Positions 40,563-50,046 of a stretch of DNA of 64,000 nucleotides are shown here, one piece after another. The translations under genes and the position numbers were made by a program. Positions within the stretch are counted from its first letter, which is position 1. The number at the start of each line of letters is the position of its first letter. The stretch is from Candidatus Bathyarchaeota archaeon (lineage in GTDB: Archaea; Thermoproteota; Bathyarchaeia; 40CM-2-53-6): the NCBI GenBank assembly GCA_963733055.1, contig CAVTBR010000002.1, positions 1 to 64,000 on the forward strand, given 5' to 3'. The notes beneath the pieces are model-generated. The model was given only the letters and a program-made list of their open reading frames with translations. It was not told the origin of the DNA and did not search any database.

Positions 40563-42254
40563 TTAGACAGGCGGCATTTCGGCGAAGCTTAGGGATAGGT
40601 CAATGCCCTGTTTCTTTCGTATGCCCCATGCGACTAAGTAGACTAGGATGCAGGCGAGGAAGATGCCGAAGACGAATTCTATCGAACTTCCAGTTGGAAC
40701 AGAGACGTATCCCAATGCAGGGCCTGCGACGAATATCCATCCTATGAATAGGTTCACGATTAGGGAAAGTACGCCCATGATCGCGAGAACCGAGACGCCT
40801 CCAACCTTGTACTTTGCGGCTGGCGAAGCTTCGAAGATTTGCTTGTTTCGGTAGGGGAACACGATGGCTGTTACGCTGATGAGTACGTATGCGATTTGAG
40901 TGGCTAGGCCTGCGGTGGAGAAGTAGCTTGTTAGCGCGGTGTAGTAGATTATGAGGTAGAGGAATATCTCGCAACCTATTGCGGAAATTACTAATGCTAC
41001 GAGCGGTGAACGCGTTTTCTGGGTTACGTAGGCGATCTTTTCCGGCAATACTCTATCCATCGCAGCCGCAAACATGATTCTTGTCGATGCAAAGTAAACA
41101 ATCAGGATTACTTGGAAAAGTCCGAACGTGAGGCCTACCAAGATTAGCGTCCACACTACCGGGCTACTACTCAGTGATGCCACGAAGGCCGGGTAGTAGG
41201 GATTGTAGAAGAATGCGAGGGGGTTGGTTGAAGGGTCGAAGTTGTAGTATAGCGTATAAAATGAGTCCAGAAATTGCAAGCCCACAACAGCTTCAAGCAG
41301 ATACCACAAGGCGAGAAGGAAGAGTGCGAACAGAAGGCTTGACCCAACCTGTATCCACACCTGCACCTTGAGGCTCTCGGCGCTCTTTATTTCCGATAGA
41401 TTGTAGATGCTCCAGAACGCGTATCCAAATGACACCCAGATTACGCCTAAGAGAGCCAACGTTCCCGGCCAACTGAATGCGGGAGTGGTAAGGTTGGCTG
41501 TTTGGATAATGTATTGGTAGTAACCGCCGGCACTTTGGACCGCGTTCGTTACAGTTTGGTTGCCCTGCGCGTGTACTAATGGCATCGTGAATGAGTTGAA
41601 GTTCTGAACAAACGCAGCGTGGGTCGTAGTCGCTAAAACCAAAAGAATCGTCGCGGCAGAGACAACCGATCCAGCGAACAGGATGTATTGCAGACGGACG
41701 TAGAACCGCATGCCCAGTGCAGCGATTACAAGGCCAAGCAGAATGACGACGGTCGTTATGGCAAAGTTCGCAGTATTGTACCCAAAGTTTGCGGCAAGGG
41801 TGGCCGCTAGATTCGCGAAGTAGGAGTTCGACATTCCGAGGAGAGCAAAGTATGGTTGAAAGCCGACCGAGGCTATGAGCATGCCCAAGAAACTTGCGAA
41901 ATACCACTGCCAGATTGTCCACGCTGAAAATGTTGATCCGAACCCTATGATTGGATGAAGTACCCGACTCTGCCAGACATAATCTCCTCCTGAACGAGGC
42001 ATCGCTGATGAGAGCATGGAGGTCGCCAAATAGAACGGAATGGCGATGATCGCCATGAGTAGGATGGCCAAGCCAACGTTTGCGCCCAAGAAACTGGATG
42101 AATAGGCTATGGAGTAAAGGGTCACCCAAGTGAAGGTGCAAAGGCCGATGGCCATGAAGTTGTAGATGAACGCCTGATGAGGCGCCATCTCACGGACTAA
42201 CCCGGAGGTCTTTCTAACGAAAATCTGTTTTGACGATGCCATTTGGAAGAGCAC
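40563..42254 (-). CDS. APC-family permease
   Basis: FVRKTSGLVRE, MPRSGGDYV, SEIK, DRVLP and EMPP motifs. Confidence 0.9.
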   Translation of the reverse strand: MLFQMASSKQIFVRKTSGLVREMAPHQAFIYNFMAIGLCTFTWVTLYSIAYSSSFLGANVGLAILLMAIIAIPFYLATSMLSSAMPRSGGDYVWQSRVLHPIIGFGSTFSAWTIWQWYFASFLGMLIASVGFQPYFALLGMSNSYFANLAATLAANFGYNTANFAITTVVILLGLVIAALGMRFYVRLQYILFAGSVVSAATILLVLATTTHAAFVQNFNSFTMPLVHAQGNQTVTNAVQSAGGYYQYIIQTANLTTPAFSWPGTLALLGVIWVSFGYAFWSIYNLSEIKSAESLKVQVWIQVGSSLLFALFLLALWYLLEAVVGLQFLDSFYTLYYNFDPSTNPLAFFYNPYYPAFVASLSSSPVVWTLILVGLTFGLFQVILIVYFASTRIMFAAAMDRVLPEKIAYVTQKTRSPLVALVISAIGCEIFLYLIIYYTALTSYFSTAGLATQIAYVLISVTAIVFPYRNKQIFEASPAAKYKVGGVSVLAIMGVLSLIVNLFIGWIFVAGPALGYVSVPTGSSIEFVFGIFLACILVYLVAWGIRKKQGIDLSLSFAEMPPV

Positions 42255-42317
42255 GCAACGAAAGGATGGTAGTGACCCGGTTTGTATTTAAAACTGACCG
42301 TATTCTGGAAACGAAAC

Positions 42318-43271
42318 TCATGCGGAGATGAACTGATAGGATTTACAACCCTTCTCATCCAGGTTGACGAGGACGCCGCGAAGTATTCCTTCTCCGTACT
42401 CACTTCCCGGGTTTACGCAGACCGTGCGACCGATTTTCGCTACATTCTTGGATTCATGAATATGCCCATGCAAACCGAGCACAGGTTGTGACTTTTCGAT
42501 GGCAGCGCGAATCGCAGTTGACCCTGCCCCGAAGAAAACCAATCCGCCCCCGTCCATCATTGGTTTCGGAGGAAAGACGGAAGCGTCCAATTTCACACAT
42601 GTGTCCAAACCAGAGTCGACTGGTGGGCAGTGGAAGTTGAAGACTGAGTCCGCTGGATTGGTGAGCATTGAAATCTTCTTCTCAACTCTAGTCGCAATCT
42701 CTTCCTCAGTCAAGTCTCGTGGGCAGTTCCATGGTGTGATGTTCGCAAACCCCGCAGAAATCATCTCATGTTTCGAATCGAGCATGACAACTTTGTCTTC
42801 GGGTTGAACGATCTTCTTACTCTTCGCCAATTCTTCATCGACGAAAAGCTCGTCATCGTTACCGGTATTGACGTAAACGGGGCAGGTCGCGTTCGAATCG
42901 GCGTATTCAACCCATTCCCTCAATCTCGTTCGAGTGATATCCTCAAGTATCCTTTCAGATTCTTGCTTGTTCTGAGCGAGATTCTCCATCTCGCCTTTCG
43001 ACGCTACGTAAATATACGAACCGGTTCTTCGAACAATTTCCTCAAACCGGGCCAAATCCTCCTTGCTCTTCATGTCGTGCATTTGCTTCTGGAATTCAGC
43101 ATGATAGGACCCGTCAGCGTCTGCGATGACCGTGACGACGGCCTTGCCCGTAAGATCTCCGCCCATAACGATCACGTTCGCCTTGTAGAACTGACCGCCG
43201 CGGATGAACTTCTTCCATACACTATCGCTGCCATGCACATCGGAAGCGAAGAGAATTCGCGTGAAAGCCAA
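42318..43271 (-). CDS. Icc-related metallophosphoesterase, copy 2
   Basis: SDVHG, GGDLTGK, GNDD, GLHGHIHE, NPGSEY; start placed at TTG 43271 by alignment with copy 1. Confidence 0.9.
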   Translation of the reverse strand: MAFTRILFASDVHGSDSVWKKFIRGGQFYKANVIVMGGDLTGKAVVTVIADADGSYHAEFQKQMHDMKSKEDLARFEEIVRRTGSYIYVASKGEMENLAQNKQESERILEDITRTRLREWVEYADSNATCPVYVNTGNDDELFVDEELAKSKKIVQPEDKVVMLDSKHEMISAGFANITPWNCPRDLTEEEIATRVEKKISMLTNPADSVFNFHCPPVDSGLDTCVKLDASVFPPKPMMDGGGLVFFGAGSTAIRAAIEKSQPVLGLHGHIHESKNVAKIGRTVCVNPGSEYGEGILRGVLVNLDEKGCKSYQFISA

Positions 43272-43372
43272 ACCGAACACTACCGCACATCGAAACATTC
43301 GGCCGAATATAATTCTTGAACCATGAATTAATAAGCAAAATAACCGCATGCTGCTTGTCAGGCGTAGTTCTG

Positions 43373-44521
43373 TTGTGGAACAAAGCTAGAGACCCGATCC
43401 GACTTCTAATGACACCCGGCCCCGTCGAGGTATCCCCACGCGTACTATCAGCGTTAGCCAGACCACAGGTCTACCACTATTACAAGGGATTCGTCGATTT
43501 CTTCGCTGAAACGACCGAGAAGATCAGACAAATCTACCAAACCAAGAATGACGTCCTCATAATGCAAGGAGAAGGCGTGCTCGGACTCGAAGCGGCGGTG
43601 GTCAACACCGTGAACCCTGGAGACAAGGTGTTGGTGCTGGATAACGGTCCGTTTGGAAAATGGTTTGGACTCTACGTGGAAAACGCGGGCGGCAAGCCCG
43701 TCTACCTCACTTCCCCGAACAACGAGGCGTTCCATCCCGAGAAGCTCAAGGAGAAACTTGACGTCGAGAAAGACATTAAAGCCATGACGGTGGTTCATTG
43801 CGAAACGCCCGCCGGGATTCTAAACCCCGTGCAGGATCTTTGTCCGATCGCGAAGAGAAAGGGCGTTTTGACGATCGTTGACGCTGTTGCGTCTCTCGGT
43901 GGCGTTGACGTTCAACCCGATAAATGGGGAATTGACCTCTGCTGCAGCGCCTCCCAGAAGGCAATATCATCCTCGGCCGGATTGACAATGCTATCCGTCA
44001 GCAAAGATGGTTGGGAGGCCATTGACGGAAAGAAGAACCCGGTCAAGAATTCGTACCTTAGCATTTCAGATTACCGAGATACTTGGTTGAAAGAGAGGCG
44101 GTTTCCGTTCACACCGCTGGTTGCGGAGATATATGGCCTCAACGAGGCGGCCAACGAGGTTCTGGAGGAAGGTCTGCAGAATTGTTTCCAACGGCACCAC
44201 ACTGTTGCGAACGCTTGCAGGGATGGGGCGGAGAAAGCTGGGTTCAAGCTATGGGTTAAGGGACGAGAGGACGCATCTGACACCGTAACGGCCCTACAGA
44301 TACCCCCGGGCGTCACCGATGCTGAAATCGTCCAACACATGGTCGAGAAGTATGGGATTTTGATCGGTGGAGGTTACAAGGAAACAAAAGGCGAGCTTCT
44401 GCGAATCGGCCACATGGGATACCAAGCAACGCTGACCAACATTATAACAACGCTCGCGGCTCTTGAAGGAACTTTGGCTGATCTGAGGAAGAAGAAACTG
44501 ATAGCGGTCCCAGCGAAGTAG
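43373..44521 (+). CDS. Class V PLP aminotransferase (alanine-glyoxylate/PucG-like)
   Basis: LMTPGP, HCETPAG, VDAVAS, ASQKA and RIGHMG motifs; start approximate. Confidence 0.9.
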   Translation: MWNKARDPIRLLMTPGPVEVSPRVLSALARPQVYHYYKGFVDFFAETTEKIRQIYQTKNDVLIMQGEGVLGLEAAVVNTVNPGDKVLVLDNGPFGKWFGLYVENAGGKPVYLTSPNNEAFHPEKLKEKLDVEKDIKAMTVVHCETPAGILNPVQDLCPIAKRKGVLTIVDAVASLGGVDVQPDKWGIDLCCSASQKAISSSAGLTMLSVSKDGWEAIDGKKNPVKNSYLSISDYRDTWLKERRFPFTPLVAEIYGLNEAANEVLEEGLQNCFQRHHTVANACRDGAEKAGFKLWVKGREDASDTVTALQIPPGVTDAEIVQHMVEKYGILIGGGYKETKGELLRIGHMGYQATLTNIITTLAALEGTLADLRKKKLIAVPAK

Positions 44522-44644
44522 ATCGCTCAGACATCCTCTTTTCACCTACCTAGCTCCGAAGTAAGAGGCGTACCGAATGTTTCTCATAGTTGACTGACCA
44601 CTGACGCTCAGTTACTCTGAGATATTCAGCAGGAGGAAGCAGCT

Positions 44645-45648
44645 TTGAAGGTGGGCGTTAGGTTGCCAAATTCTGGTCCACTAGCCTCCGCAGAGGCAAT
44701 TCTGCGCGGTGCTGAACTCGCAGAGCAACTTGGCTACGACTCCGTGTGGGTTCACGACCACATCATCTGGGGCACTGAGCAGCATAGAGATCACCTGTCA
44801 TCAGGCTCCGCTGAGGCACTGAACTCATCGCAATTGCCAAACTTCTACGAATCACTTGCAACTTTAGCCACGATTGCGGGGCGGACTGATCGAGTGAAAC
44901 TAGGGGTCGCGGTAGTCATACTTCCGCTACGCAACCCTGTAGTCTTCGCGAAACAGACGTCGGTTATAGACGTACTCTCGGGTGGCAGACTGATGGTAGG
45001 AGTTGCACCCGGTGCGCCCAAGATTACTGAGAAAGAGTTCGAATCGATTGGGGTTGAGTACCATAAGCGAGGAAAAATCACGGACGACTACATTAGAGCA
45101 GTCAAGAATCTCTGGACCGAGCAGTTAGCAACGTACGAGGGTAGTTTCGTCTCGTTCAATAAAGTGCAGATGTTTCCTAAACCTCTCCAGAAACCACACC
45201 CCCCGATTCTAATCGCGGGCGGAGAACGAGGGCTGAGCGAGATCGCGATACAGCGAGTCGCTGAGCTAGGTAATGGATGGATCCCTGCGTATCTCACCGA
45301 GACTGAGCTTGAGCAAGGAACTAAACAGCTTGAGCGGAGGATGAAGGAGGTCGGGAGGGGGGATGAAAAGTTAATGGTTGGGCTTGAAATGTTTACGGGC
45401 ATCAGCCAATCAGAAGGCGAAGCCGAGAGGACCTACTCGGCTACGCTCATGAAAAACTTCAATTCTGCTGAGGAAGGGATGAAACGAAGCCTCGTAGGAT
45501 CGACTGGATCGATTGCGAAGAGACTCGACACGCGTACGAGAGAGTGGGACTGGATTTTGTTGAATTGAAGTTCATGTACTCCACCATTCAACAGTTCCAC
45601 GAGCTGATGACAAAATTTGCCAAAGATATACTTCCATCTTTCAAATAA
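44645..45648 (+). CDS. LLM-class (probably F420-dependent) oxidoreductase, 2-nt frameshift near 45530
   Basis: AE.LGYDSVWVHDH, LRNP, LSGGRL, PKPLQKPHPPI; removing AC at about 45530 gives a normal tail AYERVG...FAKDILPSFK*. Confidence 0.85.
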
Positions 45649-45680
45649 CGCAACTTAGCAAGATGCAAGAATGACAGTCC

Positions 45681-46250
45681 ATGGCGCGATTTCTAACCAG
45701 GGAACTTGGACGACGGACATGGCCTGACTTCGTGAGGGTTATGGAGAAGCACAATGGTGTGTGGGGTGGATGCTGGTGCGTCACCTTCCACTTCAAGCCC
45801 GGAGGGTCGATCCGAGGGGCTACGCCGCGCAGAGCATACAAGGAGAGGCTCGTTCGAGCGAACAAGTCCCACGCTGCCCTCGTCTATGACGGGGCGGATG
45901 TCGTTGGGTGGTGTCAGTTCGGGTCCCCTGGCGAGCTCCCGGGCCGAATGGGAGGGTTCCGCAAGTTGGGTGTGGCTCAGCCCGACTGGAGGATTACATG
46001 CTTTTTCGTCGACCGCAGCCGGAGAGGAGAGGGAGTAGCGGAGGCAGCGTTGGGGGGCGCTCTTCGAATGATCGCCGCCAGAGGAGGCGGGACGGTCGAC
46101 GGATATCCAATCGCAACCCGAGGGAAACCTTACTCGAGTTCATTCTTGTGGGGTGGAATTGAATCAATGTTCGCCGACGTCGGATTCCGCCAGCTTGGTC
46201 ATCTCGGCACAAGTAAGTTAGTAATGCGAAAGAAGGTTCGTGGCCGATGA
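45681..46250 (+). CDS. GNAT-family N-acetyltransferase
   Basis: GGCWC, VGWCQFG, ITCFFVD..RRG.GVA, GYP and GF motifs. Confidence 0.85.
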   Translation: MARFLTRELGRRTWPDFVRVMEKHNGVWGGCWCVTFHFKPGGSIRGATPRRAYKERLVRANKSHAALVYDGADVVGWCQFGSPGELPGRMGGFRKLGVAQPDWRITCFFVDRSRRGEGVAEAALGGALRMIAARGGGTVDGYPIATRGKPYSSSFLWGGIESMFADVGFRQLGHLGTSKLVMRKKVRGR

Positions 46251-46354
46251 TGTCATCCTCGCCCAACAAGTCTCCGTGTTAGGATAAGGGCTCAGATCTC
46301 TCTTGATCTTATGCGTTACTCGCGGTAACAGAGAGTAATAAGGTACCCATCTGA

Positions 46355-46406
46355 GGGTAACGGTACCTTCTCGTCAGCCCGAAAGGGCTGTTACTTTTCG
46401 TCTGCT
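46355..46406 (+). repeat. Left inverted repeat with internal hairpin CAGCCC-GAAA-GGGCTG
   Basis: GGGTAACGGTACCTTCTCGTCAGCCCGAAAGGGCTGTTACTTTTCGTCTGCT. Confidence 0.85.
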
Positions 46407-46534
46407 GACTCAGCCAATGTTAACGCATAGTCTACGGTTGACCGCTGATGTGGACTCCGCCATTACGTTTGGTTGTTGGTCTTTATGGAAGTTGCTTTAC
46501 GAATTAGGGCAACGATCCGTGGTTTACAACATTA

Positions 46535-46903
46535 TCATTGACGGTAACAAATGCAAGCACTTACATCATAATTCGGATGACTCATCACAACGCAAAAGCA
46601 ACTTCCGTTCCACGTTCCTCCGCAACCTACGCCTTCGAAACCTCCCATCTCTACGGGGCCTATCTCCATGAGAGGTTTCAGAGTTGCCGCTAATTCTTTA
46701 CTCATTGGTACCTCGGTCTGATCTCTCCCCTTCCTCCCCGTTCGGAAGACCCAACCGGAGGGGTTCTTACCCACCATGTCCAGAAAATCATTCACCGCCT
46801 TTGTGTAATGCGTGTTTGCCTCCGTCGTTTTATCGCGTAACCTGTCAAGTTCTGAGATGGAGTTCTTGAGTGCATCTATTTTCTCACGCTTCTCATCAGT
46901 CAT
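46535..46903 (-). CDS. Hypothetical cargo protein with Cys-rich C-terminus
   Basis: ATG start, helical N-terminus, tail GCGGTWNGSCFC...ACIC. Confidence 0.6.
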   Translation of the reverse strand: MTDEKREKIDALKNSISELDRLRDKTTEANTHYTKAVNDFLDMVGKNPSGWVFRTGRKGRDQTEVPMSKELAATLKPLMEIGPVEMGGFEGVGCGGTWNGSCFCVVMSHPNYDVSACICYRQ

Positions 46904-47046
46904 TTCAACATCGCCTGCGAGAAAACTGATCCAAGTAGGTTTAACCTTAGAAAAGGTATTTAACTTTTTACAGGTTCGGTAGCGCTTTTTCGTCCGCCAT
47001 TTTTGCTGTAGAGCGGTTTACTCTTGGATTTCAAGAGAAAAATAGC

Positions 47047-47286
47047 ATGCCCACCGTTTGCGTCCTCATTGTAGTTTTTCGTCTCGCATGGGTAGTGTTA
47101 AAGGTGCAAGGGGGTGATACCAAGAAAAACAGACCTCGATTGAAACCTAGACAAGTCTTGTACGCTTTAGTCGGTGTGGGCGCTTTTTATTTTGCCTACA
47201 CGAACTATACTTCTGGCAATGCTCAGGTTGCGGGTTTCCTTGCTCTGATAGGACTTGTTTCGTTCTATCTGGGGTTCAAGCGATGA
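47047..47286 (+). CDS. Small membrane cargo protein
   Basis: Hydrophobic helices; ATGA overlap with the next gene. Confidence 0.55.
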   Translation: MPTVCVLIVVFRLAWVVLKVQGGDTKKNRPRLKPRQVLYALVGVGAFYFAYTNYTSGNAQVAGFLALIGLVSFYLGFKR

Positions 47287-47720
47287 GCCACGTCAAACGT
47301 TATGCGCCAATTGGCATCATTCTGATTCTGGTATGTTACAACATCTATCTCGCAATTGTAAGCGATCCTGCCACGAGAGCAACCTACTTTACAACAATTG
47401 TTGTTCTAGCTATCTACCTCGCTGACCAGATCACGAAACTGCCTTCTTCAGTCGAATCGGGGAAAATGGACGAAGTGCCAACAGCGGTAGTCGATCTGGT
47501 TAGTGAAGCTCAAGAATGGGCCAAAGGGCGGTTGACTGGCATAGACATAAAACGATGGGGCCAACCTACAGTGAAAGATAATGGAAAGGGAGACATTGAG
47601 GTCTCAGGAACAATAGATCGCACTTATCCACAGGAAAGGTATACCTATCTTTACCACAAGAAAGACGGCCACATACAAACGGACTCGTATGTTGATTGGT
47701 TCAGCACATACTCGTTCTGA
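47283..47720 (+). CDS. Membrane cargo protein (2 TM plus soluble domain)
   Basis: Two N-terminal TM helices; convergent with the transposase gene. Confidence 0.65.
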   Translation: MSHVKRYAPIGIILILVCYNIYLAIVSDPATRATYFTTIVVLAIYLADQITKLPSSVESGKMDEVPTAVVDLVSEAQEWAKGRLTGIDIKRWGQPTVKDNGKGDIEVSGTIDRTYPQERYTYLYHKKDGHIQTDSYVDWFSTYSF

Positions 47721-47734
47721 TTTTCGTTGAGTCA

Positions 47735-48901
47735 TTAAATGGGATTGCTTCTTCGCGTATTCTGTTTCCGTGAAGCATTTTGAATTAACGTCAACCACTT
47801 ATTCTCTCCCTGAACCTCAATGCCCGCTAAGTCGGCTGGCGTTTTCCCGTTCAAACCCTCATGTGGTCGTATGAAGTTGTGGTAGATTTGCATCCCCGCT
47901 AAGATTGGAGTATCGGTTCTTTCAAGCGTCCTCATTACCCGTTCTCGGTCACGTAGTTCTCCGTTCATGCGCTCCATTTTGTTATTGTGAACTGTTCCAT
48001 CCATGCGAATGTCTCGAATATGCTCAGTTCGAGTTTCTAGTCGTTGTGTGTAGAACTCTTTCTCGTATGCCTCGTGAAAGTTTGGTGCGCCGTCAGTGAT
48101 GAGCGTCTTAGGATTCTTCTCTGCGATTTCCTTACCTTTCTGGAATAGCGGGCGTAGATCAGCCGTGAACTTTGTGTCGGCAACCTCTTGGGCTATCCAG
48201 AATCTGGTCTGATCGTCCATAAGAGCGTAGAGGTACTTCATGTTCCCTTTGACCTTGAGGAATAGTTCGTCAGCTCTCCACGTGTCACTGACTTGCGGTG
48301 TGATCTTGTCTAGGTACGTCTCCACCAGTTCGGTGTAGCGTTTAATCCAATAGAACACGGTCTTATGGCTAACTTGAACGCCAAGCAACCGCAGCGATCT
48401 AGCCGTATTCCGCAGGCTCTCCCCTGAGAAGTAGAGTTGCATGGCAGTTGTGATTCCTTGTGGGCTGTGCTTCATTCGCTCAAATCCAAAGTTCACCGTG
48501 AACCATTTTCGGCAAGCCTTGCAGAAGAATTTCTGAATGTCACCGTATTTGTTGTGACGTAACCCCTCTTTCTTGATATTCTCAGATTTACAATAGATAC
48601 AACCGTGAATCTCGGTTACCGGTTCAATAACTCTCGCTTGAACATGCTCCCTGATTTTTTGGGATAGTTCGACCGCCCACACATGCTTGCAGCGAAGAAT
48701 TTCGTGGAGTTCGCTCACGCGGTAGTGGTAGTCCAAGCAATTACAAATCCAAGAACCATTCTCGCGGCGAACCACATCATACATACCGTGTCCGTTCTGA
48801 GAAGCAACCTTGTAGGTTCGCTCGTCCATGCGCTGAATCTGGTTCGGCTTCTCAGCAATCATTCGCCCCTTTTCCTCACGGGAGAGAACGGTTCTTTGCA
48901 T
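47735..48901 (-). CDS. IS6-like DDE transposase/integrase with N-terminal SWIM finger and zinc ribbon
   Basis: SWIM CNC...CKH; CIYC...CKAC ribbon; HTH SLRNTAR...VSHKTV..WI; catalytic WRADE, LITDG, NNKMER; C-terminal YHNFIRPH..LNGKTP...KWLTLIQNAS. Confidence 0.9.
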   Translation of the reverse strand: MQRTVLSREEKGRMIAEKPNQIQRMDERTYKVASQNGHGMYDVVRRENGSWICNCLDYHYRVSELHEILRCKHVWAVELSQKIREHVQARVIEPVTEIHGCIYCKSENIKKEGLRHNKYGDIQKFFCKACRKWFTVNFGFERMKHSPQGITTAMQLYFSGESLRNTARSLRLLGVQVSHKTVFYWIKRYTELVETYLDKITPQVSDTWRADELFLKVKGNMKYLYALMDDQTRFWIAQEVADTKFTADLRPLFQKGKEIAEKNPKTLITDGAPNFHEAYEKEFYTQRLETRTEHIRDIRMDGTVHNNKMERMNGELRDRERVMRTLERTDTPILAGMQIYHNFIRPHEGLNGKTPADLAGIEVQGENKWLTLIQNASRKQNTRRSNPI

Positions 48902-48911
48902 CGCAAATCAC

Positions 48912-48967
48912 TACGACAATATTGTAATGCGCAAGACAAATATAGGCCTTACGACAATATTGTCGTA
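48912..48967. promoter_or_regulatory. Paired operator: perfect 18-bp palindrome TACGACAATATTGTCGTA (48950-48967) and partial copy TACGACAATATTGT (48912-48925)
   Basis: Located in the 74-bp gap between the divergent transposase and 64-aa genes. Confidence 0.7.
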
Positions 48968-48975
48968 GGTATCTG

Positions 48976-49170
48976 TTGGTTAGAAAAGAGGTACTTGGAA
49001 CATCCGAACGAGAAATACTCGAAGCCTACCTGAAAGGTGAACGACTCAAGAACTACACCGTACTATTACATCGCATACGTAAGATCGGATTGAAGGCAAT
49101 CATCCAAGGATGCCGACGCGACTTAGTTCTTTTGGAGAAACTTTTGCAAATTGAATCGGGAAGAGAATGA
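48976..49170 (+). CDS. Small basic helical protein divergent from the transposase (possible regulator)
   Basis: 64 aa, EREILEAYL.GE motif; shares the palindromic intergenic region. Function is inference. Confidence 0.6.
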   Translation: MVRKEVLGTSEREILEAYLKGERLKNYTVLLHRIRKIGLKAIIQGCRRDLVLLEKLLQIESGRE

Positions 49171-49198
49171 TTTCTCGGTCAGGTACGGGATAAGCGGC

Positions 49199-49939
49199 TC
49201 ACTTAGGTTGAAAGGCTTTCAGTGCTTGATGCGACGAAATGTCAAGCCTAAGTCTCATATGTGGTTGCTCAGGTAATTTCTCTCCAAAGAATTGATAATC
49301 GAGATCAATGCAATTTCTCTTGAGAGTATCTCGTAGCGTACTGAGCAACTCTGGGTTTTTAATGTCCGTATTTAGAAGGAGAGTTGCCTCGTCTTTTCCC
49401 TTGTAGGCAACCCAGATATTCATAACCTCACTCACGCCCTTAACCAGCGTTATGAGTTGAGGTGGACTTCTAAAGGAAACATTTCCCGTAGTTCCATCAA
49501 CTGTACTCTCTAGCTTCGACCAAGCGGGATGAAATTCAATTTCTCCCGTATCAATCCATAGTTTTGCACCCGCATTGGCTATTGTGCTATTGATCGCTGT
49601 AACTCTGAACTGTTGATAGAGAAAGTGCATCTTCCCTTTCGCAGGAAGTACTTGTGTCAGCGTGAATACATCAATTCCCATACTATGGGTGGTATTATCA
49701 TTCCAAACGGTTGACATGGGCTGCGAAAGTTCAACAAGAAGTGTCGGTGCTTTACCGATGAACGCCATGATTTCGGGTTTGAAGGTCCATAGAACTAAAC
49801 CACCAAGCCCCACAGTAGCTTCCGCGATCACTACTGTCCAGTATTCATTCCACAAAATATGTTCCTCGTAAGACACTACGCCCACGAAAACTACAACCGC
49901 TGCTATCGCGGATAGCCCTAGCCAAACTCTTCTGCGCAT
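49199..49939 (-). CDS. Membrane-anchored cargo protein of unknown function
   Basis: Two N-terminal TM helices followed by a beta-rich domain; lies inside the element. Confidence 0.7.
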   Translation of the reverse strand: MRRRVWLGLSAIAAVVVFVGVVSYEEHILWNEYWTVVIAEATVGLGGLVLWTFKPEIMAFIGKAPTLLVELSQPMSTVWNDNTTHSMGIDVFTLTQVLPAKGKMHFLYQQFRVTAINSTIANAGAKLWIDTGEIEFHPAWSKLESTVDGTTGNVSFRSPPQLITLVKGVSEVMNIWVAYKGKDEATLLLNTDIKNPELLSTLRDTLKRNCIDLDYQFFGEKLPEQPHMRLRLDISSHQALKAFQPK

Positions 49940-49994
49940 GAATTACTGTAAACCTCCAAGTAGCGTATTTAACAAGAGACCCTGACAGAACGCT

Positions 49995-50046
49995 AGCTGA
50001 CGAACGGTAACAGCCTGCTGCGGCTGACGAGAAGGTAACGTTACCC
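49995..50046 (-). repeat. Right inverted repeat with internal hairpin CAGCC-N6-GGCTG
   Basis: Reverse complement GGGTAACGTTACCTTCTCGTCAGCCGCAGCAGGCTGTTACCGTTCGTCAGCT. Confidence 0.85.

Noticed and set aside
41293-42141. Long alternative-frame and antisense ORFs (e.g. 41293-42141, 10800-11420, 21504-22055, 55945-56502)
   Set aside because: They are fully nested in well-supported genes and show no independent motifs.
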